From a virus: a stretch of DNA of 64,000 nucleotides. The notes under the pieces are model-generated. The model was not told where the DNA came from. It saw only the letters and a list, made by a program, of their open reading frames with translations, and ran no database searches. Below, piece by piece: positions 19,363 through 27,289 of this stretch (positions are counted from its first letter, which is position 1; each line of letters opens with the position of its first letter). The stretch lies in UHGV virus genome UHGV-0279745. One strand, given 5' to 3'. A program made the position numbers and the translations under genes.

Positions 19363-19559
19363 TGAAAATTTGGTTGCCGATTCTAGTTTTTATCCTTATC
19401 GCAGGTGCACTAGCAAGTGCTGAGTACGATAATCGTGTTCTAGAAACAAAACGTGAATTGTATCAGGATTGTATAAAGGATTACACACCCGGTACAGAGC
19501 TTCATGCACAGGCTGTGAAAAGTTGTGCGTTGATGGCTGAATCGCAGACTCGTTCCTAA
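19359..19559 (+). CDS. small signal-peptide/membrane protein (paralog 2 of a pair)
   Basis: N-terminal MMKIWLPILVFILIAGALASA then LYQDC...C, paralogous to the previous ORF. Confidence 0.45.
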   Translation: MMKIWLPILVFILIAGALASAEYDNRVLETKRELYQDCIKDYTPGTELHAQAVKSCALMAESQTRS

Positions 19560-19933
19560 TGCGTATCTGGACGTTACAGCTCGCTAAGTGGCGGTTAGCT
19601 AAGCAGAAAGGGTTTCACGCAGTGGATATCACTGTGAAGTCAGGGCGAAAGGAACTCGCCCCCGACTGGGATTTCTTAATGGCGTATAAAAACTCTGCAA
19701 AGGATGCAGCTGCTGAACGCGAGTACACGATAAAGTATTTGTACAAACTCGAACGACTGTTAGATACCGACGCCGAAACTTTAGTGTCGTTACTTAGGCA
19801 CGATGACTTGGTTTTGATGTGTTATTGTCCCGCAGGTAAGTTTTGCCATCGTCATCTACTGGCGAGCAAGCTTCAAGAGGTGGGATTGATATTCGGTATC
19901 GACATTGTGTTGTGTGGAGAATTAACGGACTGA
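19559..19933 (+). CDS. hypothetical protein with CxC...CHRH motif (DUF4326/DUF488-like?)
   Basis: LVLMCYCPAGKFCHRHLL resembles the conserved Cys/CHR motif of DUF4326/DUF488-type families; recall-level only. Confidence 0.4.
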   Translation: MRIWTLQLAKWRLAKQKGFHAVDITVKSGRKELAPDWDFLMAYKNSAKDAAAEREYTIKYLYKLERLLDTDAETLVSLLRHDDLVLMCYCPAGKFCHRHLLASKLQEVGLIFGIDIVLCGELTD

Positions 19934-19960
19934 TTTGATTTTTTAGCTGTAAAATGACTT

Positions 19961-20005
19961 CCTACCGCCCGATTCTATGGGCGGTAGGTGTTTTTATTTT
20001 TTTTG
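19961..20005 (+). terminator. rho-independent terminator
   Basis: CCTACCGCCC-gattctat-GGGCGGTAGG followed by a T-run. Confidence 0.75.
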
Positions 20006-20020
20006 ATCTGGGAGGTTTTA

Positions 20021-20581
20021 GTGACTACTTACGTACCTGATTTAAGTCTGGCCTCAGCCGAATTAGTGGTCGCTTTAATCAACCACGATAACGGTTCACG
20101 GTTGTCTCTAAACGAAATCCGTATTAGCAACACTATGGCAAACCCGTCCCCGACCACTTCGCGTCGTAACACACTGACAGAGATTACAAAAATCAGGAAA
20201 CCTGATGGTGCTTCTGTGGTTGTTTATTACGACCGTCTGGATGCGGACGAAGTGTTAGCGTCTGAACCTATTTTGATTTCGTTAGACGGTACTGAAGACA
20301 ACCTTCGTGACATTTTAGGTGTTGTAAATGAATTCTGCGGAACGAACTTACAACCCGAAGATTTACGTGCTGCAGATATCACCTTAGGTAACGAACCCAT
20401 TGCTGTTAACGTTGCTGACGATTCTCCTGCGTGGATGAATGCGTTCATGGTAACGTTATTCGATACAACAGAACGAGCATTAGCAAACGAAGATGATGCG
20501 ATCTTCTGTATTGGTGATGATGCCGTTCTTACCTTTGAGGTTCCAGATGACGATTCAGCTGAAGAAAACCCGGCTACATGA
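20021..20581 (+). CDS. family-X paralog (fibre-associated hypothetical protein)
   Basis: Start placed at GTG 20021, 5 nt after GGAGG; the ORF-track start 19988 lies in the terminator. N-terminus VPDLSLASAELVVALINHD and ...VVVYYDRL match five other paralogs. Confidence 0.55.
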   Translation: MTTYVPDLSLASAELVVALINHDNGSRLSLNEIRISNTMANPSPTTSRRNTLTEITKIRKPDGASVVVYYDRLDADEVLASEPILISLDGTEDNLRDILGVVNEFCGTNLQPEDLRAADITLGNEPIAVNVADDSPAWMNAFMVTLFDTTERALANEDDAIFCIGDDAVLTFEVPDDDSAEENPAT

Positions 20582-20783
20582 ACTTGACCGTTTTACCGGT
20601 AATGGAGGCCAAAGCAAACTTTTATCAAAACTTAACAATCCCAAATCATGAAGCGCGGAGTTGGGCATCACTTTCACGTTAGAAGATGATGGATTAAAAC
20701 CAGTATAATAATCCGCTTATAAAAATGTTGAGGGGTAAAACACTTCCTCAGATCTTTTAGCTCCCGATAGAGAATTAAATATC

Positions 20784-23700
20784 ATGGCTAAAGCGGTAAA
20801 GAAAATTCGTTTACACGATTTACGTCCATACACCGGGGATATCGGTGAAGGCGTTTTACTTTTTTCGAAAGACGAAAGGGATTATCAGTTACCTGTCCGC
20901 GAGATTGTTGCGGATATTGACACCGTCAGAAACGCGGTTGCTGACGCACAAACGGCGGCGGCCAAATCGCAACAGTCTGCAACAGAAGCCACACAAGCAA
21001 AAGACTTAGCAGAAACAGCGAAGCAACAAACTGACACGTTAGCTTCCACAGTTAGCGAGCAAGCGGGAACCGTTGCCACTAAAACTGCCGAGGTTAGCAA
21101 AAAACACGCTGAAGTTTTAGCCGCGAAAACTGCCGTAGATACTGTATTACAGTCGGTAAATGAGAAAGCTCAAGCTGTCGCTACAAGCGAACAATCGGTG
21201 ACGGCTGCAGCGGCTGACGTAACTAAGAAAGCAGAAACGGTTACGCAACAGGCCGGACAAGTCCAACAGACGGCTACCGGTGTCGAGAATACTGCGGCTT
21301 CAGTTGAGGCCAGTAAGGGCGCAGTGGAGAAGATTGCTGCACAGGTCGCGAAAGATAAAGAAAGTTCAGAAGGCGCAGCAACACGTTCGGAGTCAGCTGC
21401 CTTACGTGCGGAGAAAATCGCTGCGCAGGGCTTAATCGACGCTAGTACAACCGGTAAAGGTATCGTTAAACTTAACGATACACTGACTAGCGAATCCGTG
21501 ACTGAGGCCGCCACACCGTCCACGGTTAAACAGCTGAATGACGAATTACAGTTAAAAGCCAATAAACATTCGCCGAATTTTACGGGTAAACCGTCATCCC
21601 CAACACCCCCGAAAGATTCAAACGACACGAGTATTTCCACAACGGCCTGGGTGCGTGACGCGATTGCGGAACTGGTTGGTTCTTCACCCGAGACGTTAAA
21701 TACCTTAGCGGAATTAGCTGAGGCGTTAGGTAATGACCCTAACTTCGCAACAACGATTACTGGGGAACTTGCGCAGAAACAACCTCTCAGTCCGTTGCTC
21801 ACCGCCATTGCCGCAGTCACCACAGCGGCAAATAAACTCATGTATTTCACTGGCAGTAATAAAGTCGGATTAACGGATTTTACAGAAACTGCCAGATCCT
21901 TGTTAGCGAAAGGGTCAACTGCGGATATCATCAATTTCTTGGGATTAAAGGCTACTGTAGATAAAGCGAATGGCGCGTTACAGAAAAACTCTAACGGCGC
22001 TGATATCCCAGATAAAGAAACGTTTGCTCGCAATATCGGTCTGTCTCCTGACACCTATCTGCGTTTCCGTGGCGAAATGCCAGTAGATGCTGATATTAAC
22101 ACATTTGCTCCAGATGCCAATTACACAGGAACGTGGGCTAAGTCGACGTCAACCAATGCGTCGATGGCAAAACATTTCCCAGAAGACGGTGCAGTCGGTT
22201 ATCTGGAAGTGTATAAAGCCGGTAATTACAGTGGCGCACAGCGTTTTACCTGCCGTAATGGTAACGTGTACAACCGTATGCTGAGTGGCGCGTGGAATGG
22301 TGCCAATGGACCCTGGTCACCGTGGAGAATGGTAACTACTGGTGTACGTCCATTATCTACCTCTATAGACTTGAACAGTTTGGGTGGCGCTGAGCATATG
22401 GGTAACTGGCGAAACTCAAGCAGTTCGCTGGCTGTTTTTAGCAGACATTACCCTGAAGAAGGTGGCGGTGCGCAAGGCGTACTAGAAGTAATGGAAGGTG
22501 GTCTTTTCGGACGGTTGCAGCGATACACCACACGTCGTGGTACGATGTATGTTCGTGGTTTGACCGCAACGTGGGATTCATCAAACCCGCAATGGGAAGA
22601 TTGGATTCAGGTTGGTTATCAGACTGACGGTGCTTTCTTTAAAGCCAATTTTAACGATCTCGTTAAACCGGGACGTTTCAGTGTCACTGGTGAAGCAACT
22701 AACGGTCCACTTACCGGTTCTTCTGGTGAAACCATATTAGGCGTTTGTGAAGTTACCTTACGCTTAGACGGTACAGGGGTCGAACAGAATTATACTACAT
22801 ACGGTACGGGTACAGAAACTAAAGGTCGTAAATTCCAACGTATCCGTACGGGTAACGCTTGGAGTGACTGGCGTGAGGTTTTCACATCGTATTCGCTTCC
22901 GTTGGTATTAGGTATCGGCGGTGAACGTGCGAATGTTGATCCTTTAGACTGGCAAACCTATGACTTTAAACCAGGTGAGTTAATCTGTACGCCGCTTAAC
23001 ACCATGAAAAATATTCCTACGGGAATGGATTGGGGTGTTATTGACGGTAACTTAGTTAGCATTCTGGTTGGTCCATCAGATGGCGCTACATCAGGCCGGA
23101 GTATGTTGGTTTGGCGTAGTACGGTGTCTACTGCCAACTATCGATTCTTTGCAGTACGTATCGCTGGTGATAAAGGTAGTCGTACGATTACACCACGCCA
23201 GATGCCTGTATTGAATGCAGCACACACCTGGGCAGAAAAACAGACCTTTGCAAAAGGGTTAGCAGGTGAGTTAACAGGCAATGCTTCAACCGCAACGAAA
23301 TTAAAGACCGCACGTAGAATTGGTGGGGTCGCCTTCGACGGTAGTGGTGATATTAACCTCCCAGGTGTTAACCAACAGGGTAATCAAAACACCACGGGTA
23401 ATGCCGGGACAGCCACTAAACTTCAAACTGCCAGAAATATTAACGGTGTGAGATTCGATGGTTCTGCTGACATCAATATCAACACCCTGGTAGGTCGTGG
23501 TCGGGTTACTGCACTAACCGGTTCAAACAAAGGTACGCCTGGTATTCAGATGTACGAAGTTTACAATAACGGTTATCCGACCGCTTATGGTAACTTACTG
23601 CATTTGGGTGGTTCTGCCGCATTAGGTGAAGGTGAACTGTTAATCGGTTGGTCGGGCACGAGTGGTGCGCACGCGCCCGTTTATATTCGTAGTCGACGTG

Positions 23701-25385
23701 ATACAGCGGATGCGCCGTGGTCAGATTGGGCACAAGTTTATACTGCCCGTGATAGTATTCCTGGTGTAAATACCACAGGTAATCAAGATACTACTGGTAA
23801 CGCTGCTACCGCGACGAAACTGAAAACTGCTCGCAGAATCGGGGGCGTTACCTTTGACGGTACTGGGGATATCAATTTACCGGGGGTTAACCAGCAAGGT
23901 AACCAGAATACGACAGGTAATGCAGCAACCGCTACTAAGTTACAAACAGCACGTAAGATCGGCGGTGTTAACTTTGACGGTTCGCAAGACATTAGTCTGC
24001 CCGGTGTGAACCAAACCGGTAACCAATCGACTACGGGGAATGCTGCGACAGCGACTAAGCTCCAGACTGCGCGAAATATAGGTGGCGTAGCTTTTGATGG
24101 TACTAAAGACATCAACTTACCTGGCGTAAACCAAACGGGCAATCAGTCGACCACCGGAAACGCGGCCACTGCAACAAAATTGCAGACAGCGCGTACCATT
24201 AACGGTATCGCATTTGACGGCACCAAAAACATCGAAATAACGGCTGAAAGTTTAAATCTTGGCCAAACTGTAGAATTGGCCGGTGGGTCATTGCAGAAGA
24301 AACAGAATGGTGCCGATATTCCAGATAAGAGAAAATTCTTACGAAATGTTGGTGCCGCGAACACAACAACTGTGTCTTTTAATGGTGGTGCCGGATGGTT
24401 CAAACTGGCAACTGTAACGATGCCGCAAGCCAGTTCCGTGGTTTACATAAGCCTGATTGGTGGTGCAGGGTTTAACGTTGGTTCCCCACATCAAGCAGGT
24501 ATCTCTGAGCTGGTTCTGCGCGCAGGAAATGGGAATCCAAAAGGTATTACTGGTGCGTTATGGCGACTGACCTCAGTCGGCTTCACTAATTTTGCATGGG
24601 TGAATACATCTGGTGACACTTACGATATTTATGTTGAAATAGGTAATTACGCCACCGGTGTTAATATTCAGTGGGATTACACTAGTAATGCCAACGTAAC
24701 GATTCATACATCGCCAAGTTATACGGCTAATAAACCCGCAGGACTAACAGACGGTACCGTCTATCTGATTTACAGCACACACAACAAGCCTAACGCTGGT
24801 GACATCGGTGCGTTACCGTCAGGGGGCGGTACTATAGGTGGCGATTTAACCGTTAACGGTAAATTGGTCACTAAGTACCCTGATTTTCGAATCGCTTACG
24901 GCAACTACGGCTTTATGTTACGTAACGATGGTGCCAATACCTATTTCTTAGTAACCGACGCCGGTCAAGCTGCAACGGGTTCCTGGAACGGTCTACGTCC
25001 GTTGTATTTTAATAATGCTAACGGTCAAGTAACCTTTGGTCATAACGTTACTGGCAGCGGTAACGGTTCGTTTAACGACGTACAGATTCGTTCTGACCGT
25101 CGTAACAAACGTAATCTGGTGAAACTAGATAAAGCTTTGGATCGGTTAGAGTTACTAACCGGTTATTTGTACGAAATTCAGCATCCTGACGACGGCTGGC
25201 AGACCTCTGTAGGTCTAATTGCTCAAGACGCATTAGAAGCGTTACCTGAACTTGTGTCTGAGGATGATGATGTCATTTCAGGCGAAAAACGTTTACGTCT
25301 AAACTACAATGGTGTTATTGCGCTGTTAGTAGAGGGTATGAAAGCGTTGCGTCAAGAGATTAACGAAATCAAAGGGAGATCCTAG
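20784..25385 (+). CDS. long tail fibre protein with C-terminal intramolecular chaperone (S74-like) domain
   Basis: 1533 aa: Ala/Thr/Gln-rich N-terminal region, six 40-aa repeats (GNQxTTGNAATATKLQTAR..GV.FDG..DINLPGVNQ), and C-terminal SDRRNKRN...GLIAQDALEALPELV resembling the autoproteolytic chaperone domain of endosialidase-type fibres. Confidence 0.88.
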   Translation: MAKAVKKIRLHDLRPYTGDIGEGVLLFSKDERDYQLPVREIVADIDTVRNAVADAQTAAAKSQQSATEATQAKDLAETAKQQTDTLASTVSEQAGTVATKTAEVSKKHAEVLAAKTAVDTVLQSVNEKAQAVATSEQSVTAAAADVTKKAETVTQQAGQVQQTATGVENTAASVEASKGAVEKIAAQVAKDKESSEGAATRSESAALRAEKIAAQGLIDASTTGKGIVKLNDTLTSESVTEAATPSTVKQLNDELQLKANKHSPNFTGKPSSPTPPKDSNDTSISTTAWVRDAIAELVGSSPETLNTLAELAEALGNDPNFATTITGELAQKQPLSPLLTAIAAVTTAANKLMYFTGSNKVGLTDFTETARSLLAKGSTADIINFLGLKATVDKANGALQKNSNGADIPDKETFARNIGLSPDTYLRFRGEMPVDADINTFAPDANYTGTWAKSTSTNASMAKHFPEDGAVGYLEVYKAGNYSGAQRFTCRNGNVYNRMLSGAWNGANGPWSPWRMVTTGVRPLSTSIDLNSLGGAEHMGNWRNSSSSLAVFSRHYPEEGGGAQGVLEVMEGGLFGRLQRYTTRRGTMYVRGLTATWDSSNPQWEDWIQVGYQTDGAFFKANFNDLVKPGRFSVTGEATNGPLTGSSGETILGVCEVTLRLDGTGVEQNYTTYGTGTETKGRKFQRIRTGNAWSDWREVFTSYSLPLVLGIGGERANVDPLDWQTYDFKPGELICTPLNTMKNIPTGMDWGVIDGNLVSILVGPSDGATSGRSMLVWRSTVSTANYRFFAVRIAGDKGSRTITPRQMPVLNAAHTWAEKQTFAKGLAGELTGNASTATKLKTARRIGGVAFDGSGDINLPGVNQQGNQNTTGNAGTATKLQTARNINGVRFDGSADININTLVGRGRVTALTGSNKGTPGIQMYEVYNNGYPTAYGNLLHLGGSAALGEGELLIGWSGTSGAHAPVYIRSRRDTADAPWSDWAQVYTARDSIPGVNTTGNQDTTGNAATATKLKTARRIGGVTFDGTGDINLPGVNQQGNQNTTGNAATATKLQTARKIGGVNFDGSQDISLPGVNQTGNQSTTGNAATATKLQTARNIGGVAFDGTKDINLPGVNQTGNQSTTGNAATATKLQTARTINGIAFDGTKNIEITAESLNLGQTVELAGGSLQKKQNGADIPDKRKFLRNVGAANTTTVSFNGGAGWFKLATVTMPQASSVVYISLIGGAGFNVGSPHQAGISELVLRAGNGNPKGITGALWRLTSVGFTNFAWVNTSGDTYDIYVEIGNYATGVNIQWDYTSNANVTIHTSPSYTANKPAGLTDGTVYLIYSTHNKPNAGDIGALPSGGGTIGGDLTVNGKLVTKYPDFRIAYGNYGFMLRNDGANTYFLVTDAGQAATGSWNGLRPLYFNNANGQVTFGHNVTGSGNGSFNDVQIRSDRRNKRNLVKLDKALDRLELLTGYLYEIQHPDDGWQTSVGLIAQDALEALPELVSEDDDVISGEKRLRLNYNGVIALLVEGMKALRQEINEIKGRS
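23265..23483 (+). repeat. tandem 120-bp (40-aa) repeat block 1 within the tail fibre gene
   Basis: Two units encoding G(E/N).(T/N)TGNA.TATKL.TAR.I.GV.FDGS.DIN.... Confidence 0.8.
23778..24240 (+). repeat. tandem 120-bp (40-aa) repeat block 2 within the tail fibre gene
   Basis: About four consecutive units GNQ(D/N/S)TTGNAATATKLQTAR.IGGV.FDG..DI.LPGVNQ. with high DNA-level identity. Confidence 0.85.
25091..25382 (+). other. C-terminal intramolecular chaperone / autoproteolysis domain of the tail fibre
   Basis: SDRRNKRN...LTGYLYEI...GLIAQDALEALPELV matches the conserved pattern of endosialidase-type C-terminal chaperone domains as recalled. Confidence 0.7.
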
Positions 25386-26167
25386 TGGCAGTTGTCGGCG
25401 TAGGTGGTTGGATTGGTTCTTCAGCAAAAGCTGAAACTGGTAACGATTGGATGTCTGGCGCGATGCGCACACTTGGTGTGCCGGTTCCAGGCTGGATGTC
25501 GCAATTGGCGGGAAAATCAAAAGAGGTCCATTATTCTATTGGTGCTAACCATAGCTATAATAAGGATACTCTTATTAACTATTTACGTTCTTTAGGCTCT
25601 ACTGCTGTCGTTGTGACTATTACGGGGGATTTAGTGTCTTATAGTAGCGGAGTTCCTTGTTTAGAGTTCCCTGGCGACCTACCGAACTCCTCCATTACAC
25701 TCGTTATCAATCCTGGGGTTACAGTATACGGCAGAGGAGGCAACGGTGGTTCTAACTCGCCAGGCGGTGCAGGTGGAACCGCAGTACAGAACGGAATAGG
25801 AAACAGGTTACGTATAACTAACCGTGGCGCTATTGCCGGAGGCGGTGGCGGCGGTGGCGGCGGTAACAGGGGTAGACTAATATTTGGTGGTGGCGGTGGT
25901 CGCCCATTCGGTGCTGGTGGGTCTTCCTCTCATATGAGTTCCGGTGCAACTGCTGGTACTATTTCCGCTCCTGGTAAAGGATCTGTTGGTGAGGGGTCTC
26001 TTAGTGCATATACAGGCGGTTCGGGTGGTAATGTCGGTGCTGCTGGAGGAAGATGTAATACTCAAGGTAACGGTACAGAATATAACGGCGGAGCAGCTGG
26101 TAAAGCTGTTACTGGTAATGCGCCAAGATGGGACGCAGTAGGTGCAATATACGGTTCACGTGTTTAA
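25385..26167 (+). CDS. glycine-rich protein (poly-Gly tract), fibre-associated
   Basis: GTG start overlaps the fibre stop by 1 nt (TAGTG); contains GGGGGGGGGN and many GG/GGS tracts. Confidence 0.6.
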   Translation: MAVVGVGGWIGSSAKAETGNDWMSGAMRTLGVPVPGWMSQLAGKSKEVHYSIGANHSYNKDTLINYLRSLGSTAVVVTITGDLVSYSSGVPCLEFPGDLPNSSITLVINPGVTVYGRGGNGGSNSPGGAGGTAVQNGIGNRLRITNRGAIAGGGGGGGGGNRGRLIFGGGGGRPFGAGGSSSHMSSGATAGTISAPGKGSVGEGSLSAYTGGSGGNVGAAGGRCNTQGNGTEYNGGAAGKAVTGNAPRWDAVGAIYGSRV

Positions 26168-26242
26168 TTAAAAAGGAGGGTAGATGGGGTAGCGTCAGGA
26201 TGGGTCGGATCTTCAGCTAGGAATGAAACGGGCGAACAATGG

Positions 26243-26686
26243 ATGAGCGCTGCTGGTAGTAAATTAGGATTGGGTAGACCTTTTATGATGAGTCAAATGG
26301 TGGGAAGATCTATGGGCTGTAAAATTGCAACTGCTGCATATAGCGATTCTTTAGGTAAGAAATGGGGCGCGGTAGGGCCAAGCTGGCCGTTAAACCAGAA
26401 AAATCAGGGAACCATTCAAAACGCGGGTAACTGCGGGGTGGGAACTTTAGTAGGTATCGAGTTACAGTTAACGACGATAGTTGCTAACGCAAAACCCACT
26501 TTAGCGGTTTACTTACAAGGTGGGAGAGCCTCTAACATTACCGTAAATTTAGGTGGCAACACTTGTACGCTGACCTATCAGCAGGTTATTAACGGACAGC
26601 ATTATTACTGGACTAATAACATCAGCGCTGCGTTCCAAAACGTAATGAAATCAACAGGCGCGCTACGTGATTTGCGAATTAGTTAA
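26243..26686 (+). CDS. paralog of the glycine-rich protein N-terminus (5' end uncertain)
   Basis: Homology to the N-terminus of the 25385 ORF (GW[IV]GSSA+xETGxxWMS[AG]A) begins in frame upstream of ATG 26243, directly after the TAA of the preceding gene. Confidence 0.5.
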   Translation: MSAAGSKLGLGRPFMMSQMVGRSMGCKIATAAYSDSLGKKWGAVGPSWPLNQKNQGTIQNAGNCGVGTLVGIELQLTTIVANAKPTLAVYLQGGRASNITVNLGGNTCTLTYQQVINGQHYYWTNNISAAFQNVMKSTGALRDLRIS

Positions 26687-26773
26687 TTATTTTCAACTGA
26701 AATCGTAATTGAGGGGAGGGGGGTGAAATGATTCTAGTAACATTTTATCCCCCTACTGTAGGGGGTAAACTTT

Positions 26774-27289
26774 ATGGGACAATTCGTGCCGGATTTGTCA
26801 CTGACCTCACCTAACATGGTTATTTCGTTGATCAATCACGACCTTCAGCTTGATCTGCAAGAAACCGATGTTGAGTTTAGCGAACTAAAATCTAGCGACG
26901 CGATGGATCGTGATACCACTGCTGTTGTAAAGATCAAACGTCCGGGCAGCAGAACGTTACAGATCTATTACAATCGTTTAACCGCAGAGCGGTGGTTAAA
27001 CCAGCAACCTATTCTGGTAAAGGTCACCGGTAATGGCTTTACTACGCACGATCTGATCGACGGAATTAATGCGGTCTGTGGTAGTAATTTACAAGCCGAC
27101 GATCTTACCGACGAATCATTTACCGTAGGGAGGGACGCTGTAACATTACAAGTTTCACCCAACTCGCTAGGTTATAAAGGCCAATTCTCCGTTCTGGTTT
27201 TCGGTAACGATGAAGAAGCCGCAGTAACAAAAGACAACGATTTGATCGTTACTGCAGATAATCGTGTCTTAACATTCGGAGGTCACTAA
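26774..27289 (+). CDS. family-X paralog (fibre-associated hypothetical protein)
   Basis: MGQFVPDLSLTSPNMVISLINHD and ...LQIYYNRL are paralogous to 20021-20581; precedes the second fibre-like gene. Confidence 0.55.
   Translation: MGQFVPDLSLTSPNMVISLINHDLQLDLQETDVEFSELKSSDAMDRDTTAVVKIKRPGSRTLQIYYNRLTAERWLNQQPILVKVTGNGFTTHDLIDGINAVCGSNLQADDLTDESFTVGRDAVTLQVSPNSLGYKGQFSVLVFGNDEEAAVTKDNDLIVTADNRVLTFGGH

Noticed and set aside
19988-20020. ORF-track start at 19988 for the first family-X gene
   Set aside because: That start lies inside the terminator hairpin and T-run (19961-20005); GTG 20021 with a GGAGG SD matches the paralog N-terminus.
20582-20783. 200-bp intergenic region upstream of the tail fibre gene, examined for a tRNA or small RNA
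   Set aside because: No cloverleaf-compatible segments or T-loop consensus were visible; it contains a TATAAAAA element and probably just carries the fibre promoter. I also saw no tRNA-like sequence in the other longer gaps (35440-35605, 38872-38989).
21170-22054. 294-aa minus-strand ORF inside the tail fibre gene
   Set aside because: It is antisense to the Ala/Thr/Gln-rich coiled-coil region of the fibre and its product is low-complexity Ala/Ser/Val; this is a typical antisense artefact with no SD or gene context.
23783-24403. Two minus-strand ORFs (119 and 86 aa) with repetitive PVWFTPGKLMS sequence
   Set aside because: They are the reverse-strand reading of the 120-bp tandem repeats in the fibre gene; the repetitive translation mirrors those repeats.
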